A program made the translations under genes and the position numbers. A stretch of DNA of 63,414 bases, counting the filler, from Octopus bimaculoides (taxonomy: Eukaryota): NCBI RefSeq assembly GCF_001194135.2. It is 5 parts of 4 records of this genome, joined end to end, with 100 filler letters (N's around TTAATTAATTAA, not from the genome) between each part and the next. Parts side by side here need not be neighbours in the genome. Positions count along the whole stretch, not along the records: positions 49,965 to 59,712 come from NC_068993.1; positions 59,813 to 63,414 come from NW_026308695.1; 3 more parts are not named here. The stretch is one strand, 5' to 3'. This document shows, piece after piece, positions 51,918 to 63,414 of the stretch (the stretch's first letter is position 1; the number at the start of each line of letters is the position of its first letter). The notes under the pieces are model-generated. The model worked only from the letters and a program-made list of their open reading frames with translations. It was not told where the DNA came from and made no database searches.

Positions 51918-53421
51918 TCACAGGTCTACACTAGAAGAGGTACTATCCACTCTTGCCATTTTCGTAACTTTCACCCACTTTTTCTTAAGTTCACTCGAGG
52001 ACAGCATCTCCCTTTTCACCCTCACTTTCTTCTTCAAGTGAAACTTGAAAAAGTCGATGGGGTTTTTACCAAAGAGGAAAGTTTCTGTCCTCATTCCTTT
52101 CAGCCTCGACCACCAGACACCTTCTTTCGCCAAAGCCACCAGACAAAGGAAAGCTGTCTTGGCAGCCCGATTAAAGGAGGGCTGTAAGTCAATCATCATC
52201 ATGGACACGGACGACACACGGATCTGTCCAACATGCGACAGCAGCTGTTCCAAATAACTCCACAATTCAGCAATGTCTGGACACTGAACGAGTGCGTTCA
52301 GAATGGTTTCGTCGCTCTGAGAGCACCTCGGATAAGCCCGTCTGACAGCAGAACCGTACCTGAAGAGTTTAACTCGAACTGATAGCATCCCCCCTCATCG
52401 GTAGCACTGCCAGGCCAAAGACATTTGAAAACTATCCATAACAGTCCCCGGATGGAAATAGACTTACCAGTTCGCCTTCATCGAAACCTAAGGTCTTCCC
52501 CAGGACGTCATCGTACTTCCCCGCTACTAATCCGTTGTAAATCTCTAAAGTGGACCATCCACCGATCCTATTGTCCGACTTGTAGAGTCCTTGACGACAT
52601 TCTAAGTGCCAGACGCCCAGTCTCAGCCTATTCTTTACCCAGGACTGCAGCTCTGTCAAGGAGACGACCTGCGGAAAGGCGTGTCTCACAAACGGAGCCC
52701 ACACACGTTCAACTTCTAAAAATCGCTGTAGGTGGAACAACATGAATGCATCTCTGCGCTTTAAAATCCACGGCATGCCCAAGCCGCCTCGCAAAGGAAG
52801 TTAGTAGCAAAGAAAATAAACAGGAGGCAAGGCACAACGTTCAGACGATAAATAATGACCGAGGCGATGTAGGGATTCTCCACCTCTACCCGACGTTTCA
52901 GGGACAACTTTCTCTTTGCCCATTTCTGCGTAAGAGAGGTCACCTTGTTCGTCACCTCGTCTCACTTCTTATCCACTTGGTGGTCGGGACCAGACCAAAC
53001 CGCGATCAGTTTAACTGGTTCGTCAGTTCAGCGTGCCACGACGCCCTCCGACGCCATCGATCTGCCTCTCCAGGTGCCCAATCGCAATCCCACCGACTTG
53101 TCGACATTGATTTTAGCCACTGAAACCGATTCATATTCATTTACAATGGAACCGACCGTCTCCACTTCGGAGGCGCCTGACACCATGACAGTGACATCGT
53201 CCGCATATGCCCTCCCGAGTCCAATTTCGAAAGAGACGCCTTTTAAGTGTTCCAACTTCCACAGCAGTGGCTCGAGAGCCAGCTCGTACAGAAGTGGTGA
53301 CAGCGGTCAGACCTGACTGACCGAACGTGCGATACTAAATGGTTCCGATAGGTGGCCATTTACTTTGGCCACCAGTCAGGTGTCGCTGTGCATTGCATCA
53401 ATCCAGCCTCTGAAAACTGGT
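51918..53421 (-). mobile_element. Tx1/L1-clade non-LTR retrotransposon, 5'-truncated RT plus C-terminal region (pseudogene)
   Basis: Minus strand: KVNGHLSEPFSIARSVSQV*PLSPLLYELALEPLL (QGCPLSP motif, decayed), RAYADDVTV (catalytic YADD), KINVDKS, GGLGMP, and a decayed CCHC knuckle YPRCSQSDETILNALVQCP. Frameshifts and stops present. Confidence 0.9.
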
Positions 53422-54014
53422 CATCTTTGATCTCATCTTTAACATTTCCTGTAAAGAATACGCTCAGTTGCGTCAAATGTTAGGAGCAGGCGCCTTTCTC
53501 TGTTCAATAGTCCCATGTTAATGGGATGAATACGCAAATATGTATAATTATAAGCAAATTCAGAGTACGATAATACAGAGATCAGCAACAGTCATTTTGG
53601 GTTGCTGACCATTGTAAGTGTTCGTTGGGGCGCCTTTATTTATTTTTTTTTTTCAACCGAATCTTCAACCAATATCCGAACCGTGCTATCTTACAACAAT
53701 GGGGAATAAGTGTAAAAGTTTTCACAATTGGAAGTGTCGTGTTATCCTGCATCAGTGGTGAATGAATCAGTGATAAACGAAGCTAAATTTTCTAGATAAT
53801 CGGGATAATTTACAAAAAAAAAATACTGTGAATACAACAGAATAATACTAAAGAAAGACGAAGTTCTGCACGGACCCATGGAACACTAGGCTGCGCTCAA
53901 ATTCGTAATGAGAGTTTCTAATAATAATATATCTGAAATAAAATGACAATTATTTTCACGATAATTATAGAGGTGACGGCAATAGTGTAATCAATATTGT
54001 AGTAGTCCATTGAT

Positions 54015-54190
<176 letters not shown>

Positions 54191-55153
54191 CAAAAACAAT
54201 GGCAATGCCAGAATCGTTGTTGATTTTTATCATTATTCATTTTCTGCTATGCGAAACGGCTTCATCCAGCTCTAATTAATAAAACTATGGCTTCATCGTT
54301 CTGTGCCAGCATCAGTATTATCAGCACCATCAACGCCAATATCTCCGGTAAGAACCTTTTATCGTCGTAGTCGTTGTCATCATCATCATCAGCAGCACCA
54401 ACAGCAGCAGCAGCAGCAGCGGCGTCATCACCATCTGTAGCCGCTGCATAAACAGCAACCTCTTCAGGACCATTAACATCCTTGTTGCTGTTATACTTAT
54501 TATTATTATTATTACCATTACTATCAACATTATCGTTCTTATTAAGATTATATATTTATATTTATCATTTTATCATTGCAATTGTTGTTATTGATATTTT
54601 TATTATTCTCGTGGTTGTAATTGAATTAAATGGGCTTAATTTAATAATTTTCGTGAACTCCTATTTAATTTTCGAGTCTTACAATTAGCTATTTCCATAA
54701 AATATTAATATTTAGTTTTCTTAATTTTTCTCATATTCCTTCTTTCCGAAACCTACAAAATTATATGCCTATTATTGATTTCTTTGATAAATACAACTTT
54801 TCACATAGATAGATAGAGAAGAATTGAGAATCTAACGTGCATGGTTTTAGCGTTTATTTCAGCGTTAAAAGTGAATTAAAAATATACATACACACACACA
54901 GACATATATGTATGTATGCATGTATGTATGCATGCATGTTTTGCATAATTGGATAGGAAGAGTAATAATTTCTTGGCCTGGCTATACTGGTTCGAGTTCA
55001 TTCCGATACGGCAAAATCTGTTTATTAATTACCCATGTGTGTATGTTTATGACCTTCACTAAATGTCCTCATATTTCGGGTTTCGATTTCACTTCCTTAT
55101 GCTATATTATTTTAGACTTATATATATATATATTTAAATGCTATTTATGTATG

Positions 55154-55220
<67 letters not shown>

Positions 55221-55255
55221 TTATCAATGTATTTACCAATCTATCTGTCTGTCTT

Positions 55256-55508
55256 GGCTGTGCGGTAAGTAGCTTGCTCCCCAACCACATGGTTCTGGGT
55301 TCATTCCCACTGCGTCTTCTACTATAGCCTCGGGTCGACCAAAGCCTTGTGAGTGGAATTGGTAGTCAGAAACTTAAAGAAGCCCGGCGTATATATGTAT
55401 ATGAATGTGTGTGTATATGTTTGTGTGTCTGTGTTTGTCTCCCCAGCATCGCTTGACCACCGATGGTGGTGTGTTTACGTCCCCGTAATTTGGCGGCTCG
55501 GCAAAAGA
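55256..55508 (+). mobile_element. SINE family A with an internal deletion, 3'-truncated
   Basis: ggctgtgcggtaagtagcttgctccccaaccacatggttctgggttcattcccactgcg|tcttctactatagcc...gtttacgtccccgtaatttggcggctcggcaaaaga. Confidence 0.85.
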
Positions 55509-55755
55509 ACATGTACTTATATATATGGTTGTAAATCGAGATATTTATGCACATACACACGTATGCATTCAGAGCATCGTGCTTGTGTATATATGAGCGT
55601 TTAATCGCGATCCTTTAATATGTTATGCATGCGTATGAAAATTTATATTTTCGCATGACAACAAATTATCTCATACCAACGCTGATTTATATGAGATTTA
55701 TTTATTCATAATTATACAGTATCTCCAAGTCGAATAAGTCATGTGTATATACATA

Positions 55756-55792
<37 letters not shown>

Positions 55793-56314
55793 ATATATAT
55801 ATATATGCATACATACTATCATATACCTGCGGGTGTGTGTGTGTGTGTGTGTGTGCGTGAACAGAAATAGGAGATTACGTGCAACATCAAAATATGCAAC
55901 AATATAGAGACGAAAAATAAGTTAGCGGTAAACTCAGCAGAGCCGAGTCTTCCAGACTTTCAGTAATAAATGTCATTGTCCCCTCGTAAGTGACAGATAT
56001 GATTTATATCTATTTGTCAATGGGTTTGTCATATGATACGACTTCTGTTTAGAAAACGACCTACGACATCACTCAGGTAATTGCTCTGTTTCATCGCAGA
56101 CAAGTCACTATAGCAACATCTGAGAATTATTTTCTGAAAATCTCACATTGATGACAAATGCATCAGGTTGCGGTATAAATCACCAAGCTTCATACGTCAG
56201 TAGTCTAATCAGTTTTATGCATATATTCCTGCATATATACACACATACATACGTATATATATATATATGGGAGAATATACAAAAAATAACAACAGACGAG
56301 GACAGGTGGTGTAA

Positions 56315-56352
<38 letters not shown>

Positions 56353-57589
56353 ACATGAGTACGCACTCCTACATGAATACGTATTCATATACATGCATAC
56401 ATAGATATATATATACATAGACATATATCTGCATATACACGTGTATCCAGAATGTCTGAAACGAATAATATATACACATTATATATATATTACACAGACA
56501 CACACACTCATATATATATGTATAACAACTGCTTGTGCTTTACGACTGAGTATATGTATATGTATACGTGTATGCGCATTTATGCTTGTGTCAGCGTTTT
56601 TGAAACAACCGATGGTTATTAGTACCCATGCGAGCAAAATAGTATTTAAATGGGATCCAAAGGTAAAAAAAAAGAAAAACAGTTTGAGAACCATTGGTTT
56701 AAAGCACCCACATGGGTCTATCATTACTGTGCTGTTTTTCTAGTATGAAGTTGTCTAACAGCTGATATTTCGGGTTTAGTCGCAGACGACTCAGCTATGC
56801 AACAGATTTTGGCGGACGTAAAGGACATGGACTGCACCACCCTTTCAGGGCCCCCCCCCAACAAAAACCCACCTTTTCAGCTGAGGAGATTCTGAATCTG
56901 CAAAAAACAAATCGGCTTTTCAAAATCTTAATTCTTCCCACTCTGAATTTGTTATTTTTTTAGATTTTTTATTTCTTTTGTGGTGGGGGCGAAATACGTT
57001 GTAAAATACGGAGATCATGATTTTGNNNNNNNNNNNNNNNNNNNNNNNNNNNNNNNNNNNNNNNNNNNNNNNNNNNNNNNNNNNNNNNNNNNNNNNNNNN
57101 NNNNNNNNNNNNNNNNNNNNNNNNNNNNNNNNNNNNNNNNNNNNNNNNNNNNNNNNNNNNNNNNNNNNNNNNNNNNNNNNNNNNNNNNNNNNNNNNNNNN
57201 NNNNNNNNNNNNNNNNNNNNNNNNNNNNNNNNNNNNNNNNNNNNNNNNNNNNNNNNNNNNNNNNNNNNNNNNNNNNNNNNNNNNNNNNNNNNNNNNNNNN
57301 NNNNNNNNNNNNNNNNNNNNNNNNNNNNNNNNNNNNNNNNNNNNNNNNNNNNNNNNNNNNNNNNNNNNNNNNNNNNNNNNNNNNNNNNNNNNNNNNNNNN
57401 NNNNNNNNNNNNNNNNNNNNNNNNNNNNNNNNNNNNNNNNNNNNNNNNNNNNNNNNNNGGCTAAGAAAAAAATGGGGTGGGTGAAATTAACATTTTGAAA
57501 ACGTGATTCGTCGTTTAGCTGCTGTTTCTAGCATGTCGAATTTTCTGCTTAGATACTTTTTATATGTGCTATTTTAGTAGGAGAGGATA

Positions 57590-57591
57590 GG

Positions 57592-57657
<66 letters not shown>

Positions 57658-57900
57658 TACTCGACCACTTCAGTGCCTGCATCCTATGGATAATATAGCT
57701 TTTTTTTTTGTTTTTCAAGGAGGATTTCTCGAAGTAAAACCGTACGATGCCAAATATAATGCCGCAAACGTGCAAACATTTCATAATAATATAAAACAAT
57801 GGAACTGAGTTCCCCACAAAAAGAAAAAAACAAACAAAAACGAGAGGAGTATGAATCGAAGATATTTTTGCCAGCTTCCTCACACGAGGGTCTCTTTAAT
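57590..57900 (-). mobile_element. Possible LINE 3' UTR ending in a (TCTA)n tail
   Basis: T-rich unique segment running directly into (TCTA)n on the minus strand, the same layout as 15177 and 49864; no coding motif seen. Confidence 0.3.
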
Positions 57901-58425
57901 ACTATTATCTGCTGTTCACCAAACACACGTACCTACATACTAACGTGTATTAGAAAACTCCATATAGGTTTGTTATGAAAATAACATTCGAGGGAAATAG
58001 AGAGAAAGAAAATATTCTCAACGTGTGGAACATTACATGTAAATCGGACACGGTTTGTTTAAGACATTTGCAATAGCGTTCCTCTTAAATAGAAACACTG
58101 TTTGTTTATAAATATATATGGCAGATAAGACAGATATATGATTCCAAATTGAGAACTACGTAAGGGAATTACAAAGCGTCCACTCGCGCACGCGCGCACA
58201 GGCATACACATAATCACGCACATATACACATGCTCACGCATACATGTATGCTTCTATGTGTATTTCTGTATAAGTATGATCCCTAAGCATGCATACATGC
58301 AAAAGTATGAGCGTTTTTTTCATCATAACATTCGAGTGCGTGATTGTGCATTCGGGAATATTTCAATGTGATTTTGGTTACCGTATGCTTGATTTGTATA
58401 TCTTTTTCTTGGGATTTTTATTATC

Positions 58426-58470
<45 letters not shown>

Positions 58471-59650
58471 GTTATTATTATTATGTCGACTATAAATATT
58501 CGATAATTTGATTGTGGGTATGTGTGTATATGCCTTGCCATGGGTGTGGGTGCGTGTGTTTCTCTGCTCGTGCCTGCTTGTATCTCAATGCGTTTGCAAA
58601 TGTTGCTTGTGTATGTATGTGCATATTTTAACTTATCATTTACAAATATTTGCCTTTTTTCCGTTCTACACTCGTGGTGAACTCACATGTATTCCTTTAT
58701 GATTTTGTACATATACATATATACACTATCAGACATCATATTGACACACAGGTTCGAAAATGGCACACGATGATTCTTTTATATTTGCACATATATGCAT
58801 ANNNNNNNNNNACATGTATAGATACATATATACACATATACATAGACACAGATGTATACGTATGTAAATGTGATGGTACACTTACACCCCCGTGCATGTT
58901 ATGTATTTACTGAGATCATCAATAATCTATAATAGATTAACAGCTATAAATAGATCGTGGTTGAGGCAAGAGTAGAAGAAGTGTGGTTTAAGTAAACAAA
59001 AACATCATTTTACATCACCCACAGCATAAAAAATAAAAATAAGAAGAATAATCATAAATAGTAGAAAACATCACATACGAAATAGCAAACATCACTTTAC
59101 TGAACAACAATACAGAAATTCAACAGCACGTCCCTTATAGAGCGCAAATCAGGATCAGATCAAACATAATTATAGCAAAACCGTCATAAGAAGAAATATA
59201 GATTTTAAGTCCCAACACCTAAACGATAACAAGACATGCAAACAAAAGCATCCCATTAAATGGAACTAATCTATAATAATCTAAAAAGAAATATACTCTG
59301 AGATGGAAAATAATCTGAACAATCATAAGAATAACATAAGTAGCGAGATTCCAAATGAATTATTTTAAATTCAATGTCTATTTATAGAACTTTAACCAAT
59401 GATATTAATAAAATATATATTTTTGTAAAATATAATTATTTCTCCTTTATTTCGTCTTTATAATCACTTTCCTTTTACCTTCTGTCTACATATGTACCCT
59501 TATTTTCATCTCTCTCTCATATCCCTCTCATAACGTCTCTTTTTTCAATATATAGCAAACACACATACACATACACACGAATATATAAACGAGTGCACGT
59601 ACACATACAAATAATATATATATATGAGCATATAGATACACAAATACACA

Positions 59651-59712
<62 letters not shown>

Positions 59713-59756
59713 NNNNNNNNNNNNNNNNNNNNNNNNNNNNNNNNNNNNNNNNNNNN

Positions 59757-59768
59757 TTAATTAATTAA
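59757..59768. other. Artificial scaffolding linker in a 100-bp spacer
   Basis: 44N-TTAATTAATTAA-44N. Confidence 0.9.
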
Positions 59769-59834
59769 NNNNNNNNNNNNNNNNNNNNNNNNNNNNNNNN
59801 NNNNNNNNNNNNGTGTGTGTGTGTTTTTGTGTCT

Positions 59835-60048
59835 GTGTTTGTACTCCCACTATCGCTTGGTGACCGGTGTCGGTTTGTTTATGTCCCTGTAACTTAGCTG
59901 TTTGGCAAAAAGAGACCCAAAGAATAATTACCAGGTTTAAAAAAAAAAAATTTTTTTTAAAGTACTGGGGTCAATTCATTTTGCTTAAAAGCTCTTTGAG
60001 GTGGTGTTCCAGCATGGCTGCAGTCTACTGACTGAAGCAAGTAAAACA
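59835..60048 (+). mobile_element. SINE family A, 3' half
   Basis: gtccctgtaacttagctgtttggcaaaaagagacc...ggtggtgttccagcatggctgcagtctactgactgaagcaagtaaaa. Confidence 0.8.
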
Positions 60049-60067
60049 TAGGTAATAAATGAACTCT

Positions 60068-60135
60068 GTCCAACCCATGCCAGCATGGAAAAGTGGATGT
60101 TAAGTGGCGGTGGCGGTGGTGATGATGGTGGTGGT
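60068..60135 (+). mobile_element. RTE-like retroelement 3' tail fragment
   Basis: ccaacccatgccagcatggaaaagtggatgttaa plus (GAT/GGT)n; same block as the reverse complement of 63258-63300. The RTE label is from recollection. Confidence 0.5.
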
Positions 60136-60308
60136 GATGATGGTGATATGTATATAAATATATGATAATTATCTGTGAGTGTGGCCAAGAAAGAGGAAAA
60201 AAATAACATATGATCTAAATTTAGAATTCTCGGCTGGCTACGTAAGAGCTTATTACTACACTCACACACACACACATGTGTGTGTGTGTGTTTGGTAAGA
60301 GGCTATAT

Positions 60309-60468
60309 GCACAGGTGTGGCTGTGTGGTAAGAAGCTTGCTTCCCAACCATATGGTCCCAGGTTCAGTCCCACTGTGTGGTACCTTGGGCAAGTGTCTTC
60401 TGCTATAGCCTCGGGCCGACCAAAGCTTTGTGAGTGGGTTTGGTAGACAGAGACTGAAAGAAGCCTGT
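60309..60468 (+). mobile_element. SINE family A, 5' half
   Basis: gtggctgtgtggtaagaagcttgcttcccaacc...ggttcagtcccactgtgtggtaccttgggcaagtgtcttc. Confidence 0.9.
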
Positions 60469-60750
60469 CATATATATATATATAGGCNNNNNNNNNNNNN
60501 NNNNNNNNNNNNNNNNNNNNNNNNNNNNNNNNNNNNNNNNNNNNNNNNNNNNNNNNNNNNNNNNNNNNNNNNNNNNNNNNNNNNNNNNNNNNNNNNNNNN
60601 NNNNNNNNNNNNNNNNNNNNNNNNNNNNNNNNNNNNNNNNNNNNNNNNNNNNNNNNNNNNNNNNNNNNNNNNNNNNNNNNNNNNNNNNNNNNNNNNNNNN
60701 NNNNNNNNNNNNNNNNNNNNNNNNNNNNNNNNNNNATATATATATATATA

Positions 60751-60920
60751 GGCACAGGTGTGGCTGTGTGGTAAGGAGATTGTTTCTCAACCACATGGTT
60801 CTGGGTTCAGCCCCACTGCATGGCACCTTGGGCAGGTGATCTTCTATTATAGCTTCGGGCTGAGCAAAGCCTTGTGAGTGGATTTGGTAGACGGAAACTG
60901 AAAGAAGCCCATCATATACA

Positions 60921-60955
<35 letters not shown>

Positions 60956-61153
60956 CTGTTAGTCTCCCCACTACTGCCTGACAACTGGTGTTGGTGCATT
61001 TACATCCCTGTAACTTAGCAGTTTGGCAAAAGAAACCAATATAATAATTACTAGGCTGAAAAAAAAACTCCTGAGGTCAATTTGTCTGAGTAAAATCCTT
61101 GAAGGCTGTACCCTAGCATGGCTGCAGTTAAAATAAATGAAACAGGTAAAAGA
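60751..61153 (+). mobile_element. SINE family A, full length
   Basis: Head, internal (TG)n and tail gaaacaggtaaaagata. Confidence 0.9.
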
Positions 61154-62180
61154 TAAAATGTATATATGTATGTATATATGTACACATATAATATATAGGT
61201 TTGGTAGAGTATATACACTTTTGTATTATTTTCAATTGGCTGAAACGTACAGAGTGTGACTCAAGAGCTAACAGTTTGGTAGATGAATCATACCAAAGTA
61301 GTTTGATATGCGATATCCTTGTGACTGTCGGACGATAAACAAATAATAAAAAATTTCAGATATCTATACTTATCTGTATATCTATCCATCTATCTATGTA
61401 TCTATCTGTCTACTTGTCTATATTTCTATCTATCTATGTTCCTATCTATCTGTGTATCTTTATATCTGTTTGTGTATCTATCTATCTATCTATCTATCTA
61501 TCTGTGTATCTTTCTATCCATCCGTCCATGTATGCATTTATCTATCTTAATATATTACTCACACACACACACACACACAAAAGGTGGTGCCCCAGCATGG
61601 CCACAGTCACCTGACTGAAACAAGTAAAAGAATATACATACATACATACATACATACATATGTATATATATATATATATATATTCATGTATACATTCGAA
61701 CGTATATCTGGCTGTATAGTTTCCTTTCTCATTATACATACATTATTATGCATCAACACACACACACACACTCCCACGCACATACATTATACATTCATTA
61801 CAATTCCTTTCTTCATCATATTGATTTACACATATGTGTATATGTCACCCAACCATATACCGTACTTCTCTCTACCATTTTTCCTTTCTCTCTACACACA
61901 TACACAAACATATATATACACATATACAAGCATATATTCATACATATAGCTATATAGTTGTCTCTCTCTTTTTTGCCTGTGTTTTCTACTCTCTCTCTAC
62001 ACATACATAGAACTAACCTGTCCACATCTATGCAACATTAGTCACTGTCCCCTTGTGTTTTCTGGAAATCCATATATACATGTCACTGCATGTATACAGG
62101 TATATGATTGTGTGTGCGCATATATATAAATATATACTTATATACATATGTGTGTGTGTGTGTGTGTGTTGTAATAATGG

Positions 62181-62416
62181 AGAGGCGTGGCTGTATGGTA
62201 AGAAACTTGCTTCCTAATCACATGGTTCTGGGTTCAGTCCTACTGTGTGGCACCTTGGGCAAGTGGATTCGGTAGACAGAAAACTGAAAGAAACCTACTA
62301 TATACACACAGACACACATATACGTGTGTGTGTCCTTGTGTTTGTCCCCCCATTAATGCTTGACAACCAGTGTTGGTTTCTTTACATCCCTGTAACTTAG
62401 TAGTTCGGCAAAAGGG
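62181..62416 (+). mobile_element. SINE family A with an internal deletion, runs into a gap
   Basis: gcgtggctgtatggtaagaaacttgc...gggttcagtcctactgtgtggcaccttgggcaagt|ggattcggtagacagaaaactgaaagaa. Confidence 0.85.
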
Positions 62417-63164
62417 TCTGATGAACAAGAAGTTAACTTTNNNNNNNNNNNNNNNNNNNNNNNNNNNNNNNNNNNNNNNNNNNNNNNNNNNNNNNNNNNN
62501 NNNNNNNNNNNNNNNNNNNNNNNNNNNNNNNNNNNNNNNNNNNNNNNNNNNNNNNNNNNNNNNNNNNNNNNNNNNNNNNNNNNNNNNNNNNNNNNNNNNN
62601 NNNNNNNNNNNNNNNNNNNNNNNNNNNNNNNNNNNNNNNNNNNNNNNNNNNNNNNNNNNNNNNNNNNNNNNNNNNNNNNNNNNNNNNNNNNNNNNNNNNN
62701 NNNNNNNNNNNNNNNNNNNNNNNNNNNNNNNNNNNNNNNNNNNNNNNNNNNNNNNNNNNNNNNNNNNNNNNNNNNNNNNNNNNNNNNNNNNNNNNNNNNN
62801 NNNNNNNNNNNNNNNNNNNNNNNNNNNNNNNNNNNNNNNNNNNNNNNNNNNNNNNNNNNNNNNNNNNNNNNNNNNNNNNNNNNNNNNNNNNNNNNNNNNN
62901 NNNNNNNNNNNNNNNNNNNNNNNNNNNNNNNNNNNNNNNNNNNNNNNNNNNNNNNNNNNNNNNNNNNNNNNNNNNNNNNNNNNNNNNNNNNNNNNNNNNN
63001 NNNNNNNNNNNNNNNNNNNNNNNNNNNNNNNNNNNNNNNNNNNNNNNNNNNNNNNNNNNNNNNNNNNNNNNNNNNNNNNNNNNNNNNNNNNNNNNNNNNN
63101 NNNNNNNNNTCCTAACACCAAGCACTCTGCAGAATGGATTTGGGGCTTTTCATGTGGCACTAAC

Positions 63165-63372
63165 ACAGAGGGGGAGTTACTTTTGGCATGATTTTTACAG
63201 CTGGATGCCCTTCCAAATGCCAACCACTTTAGAGTGTGGACTGGATGTTTTTAACATTATCATCGTTTAACATCCGCTTTCCATGCTAGCATGGGTTGGA
63301 CGATTTGACTGAGGACTGGTGAACCAGATGGCTACACCAGGCTCCAATCTGATTGGAGCCTGGTGTAGCCAT
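63165..63372 (-). mobile_element. RTE-like retroelement 3' fragments ending in a fold-back
   Basis: tttacagctggatgcccttccaaatgccaacc and tcatcgtttaacatccgctttccatgctagcatgggttggacg blocks; perfect palindrome at 63328-63372. Confidence 0.5.
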
Positions 63373-63414
63373 AACGTGCCTATAAATTGATTTCTAATTT
63401 TGGTACAGGGCCAG

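Noticed and set aside
56640-57560. hAT/MITE-like scraps (tttgagaaccattg; gggcccccccc)
   Set aside because: No paired ends or TSD; interrupted by a gap.

Overview
AT-rich animal genomic DNA, most likely an octopus or other coleoid cephalopod (inferred from the SINE families and extreme microsatellite load). It comes from a fragmented scaffold with many N gaps, four of them artificial 100-bp spacers carrying TTAATTAATTAA. No complete host gene is recognisable, and almost all ORF-track entries are microsatellite or N artefacts. Supportable content: (1) a ~1.3-kb TIR-bounded DNA transposon derivative at 42331-43624 with an intact, apparently spliced THAP zinc-finger exon and a decayed convergent second ORF, each preceded by the same promoter-like motif (ISL2EU/PHIS-like by inference); (2) two repeat structures carrying hammerhead-ribozyme cores (inverted repeat 5461-5954, direct repeat 9610-10204), typical of Penelope-like elements; (3) a Helitron PIF1-helicase remnant with its motifs in permuted order; (4) a decayed Tx1/L1-clade LINE, a mariner 5' remnant and CR1- and RTE-like scraps; (5) more than 20 tRNA-derived SINE copies, including a nested inverted pair; (6) a hierarchical minisatellite, fold-back palindromes and a few low-confidence candidate exons.
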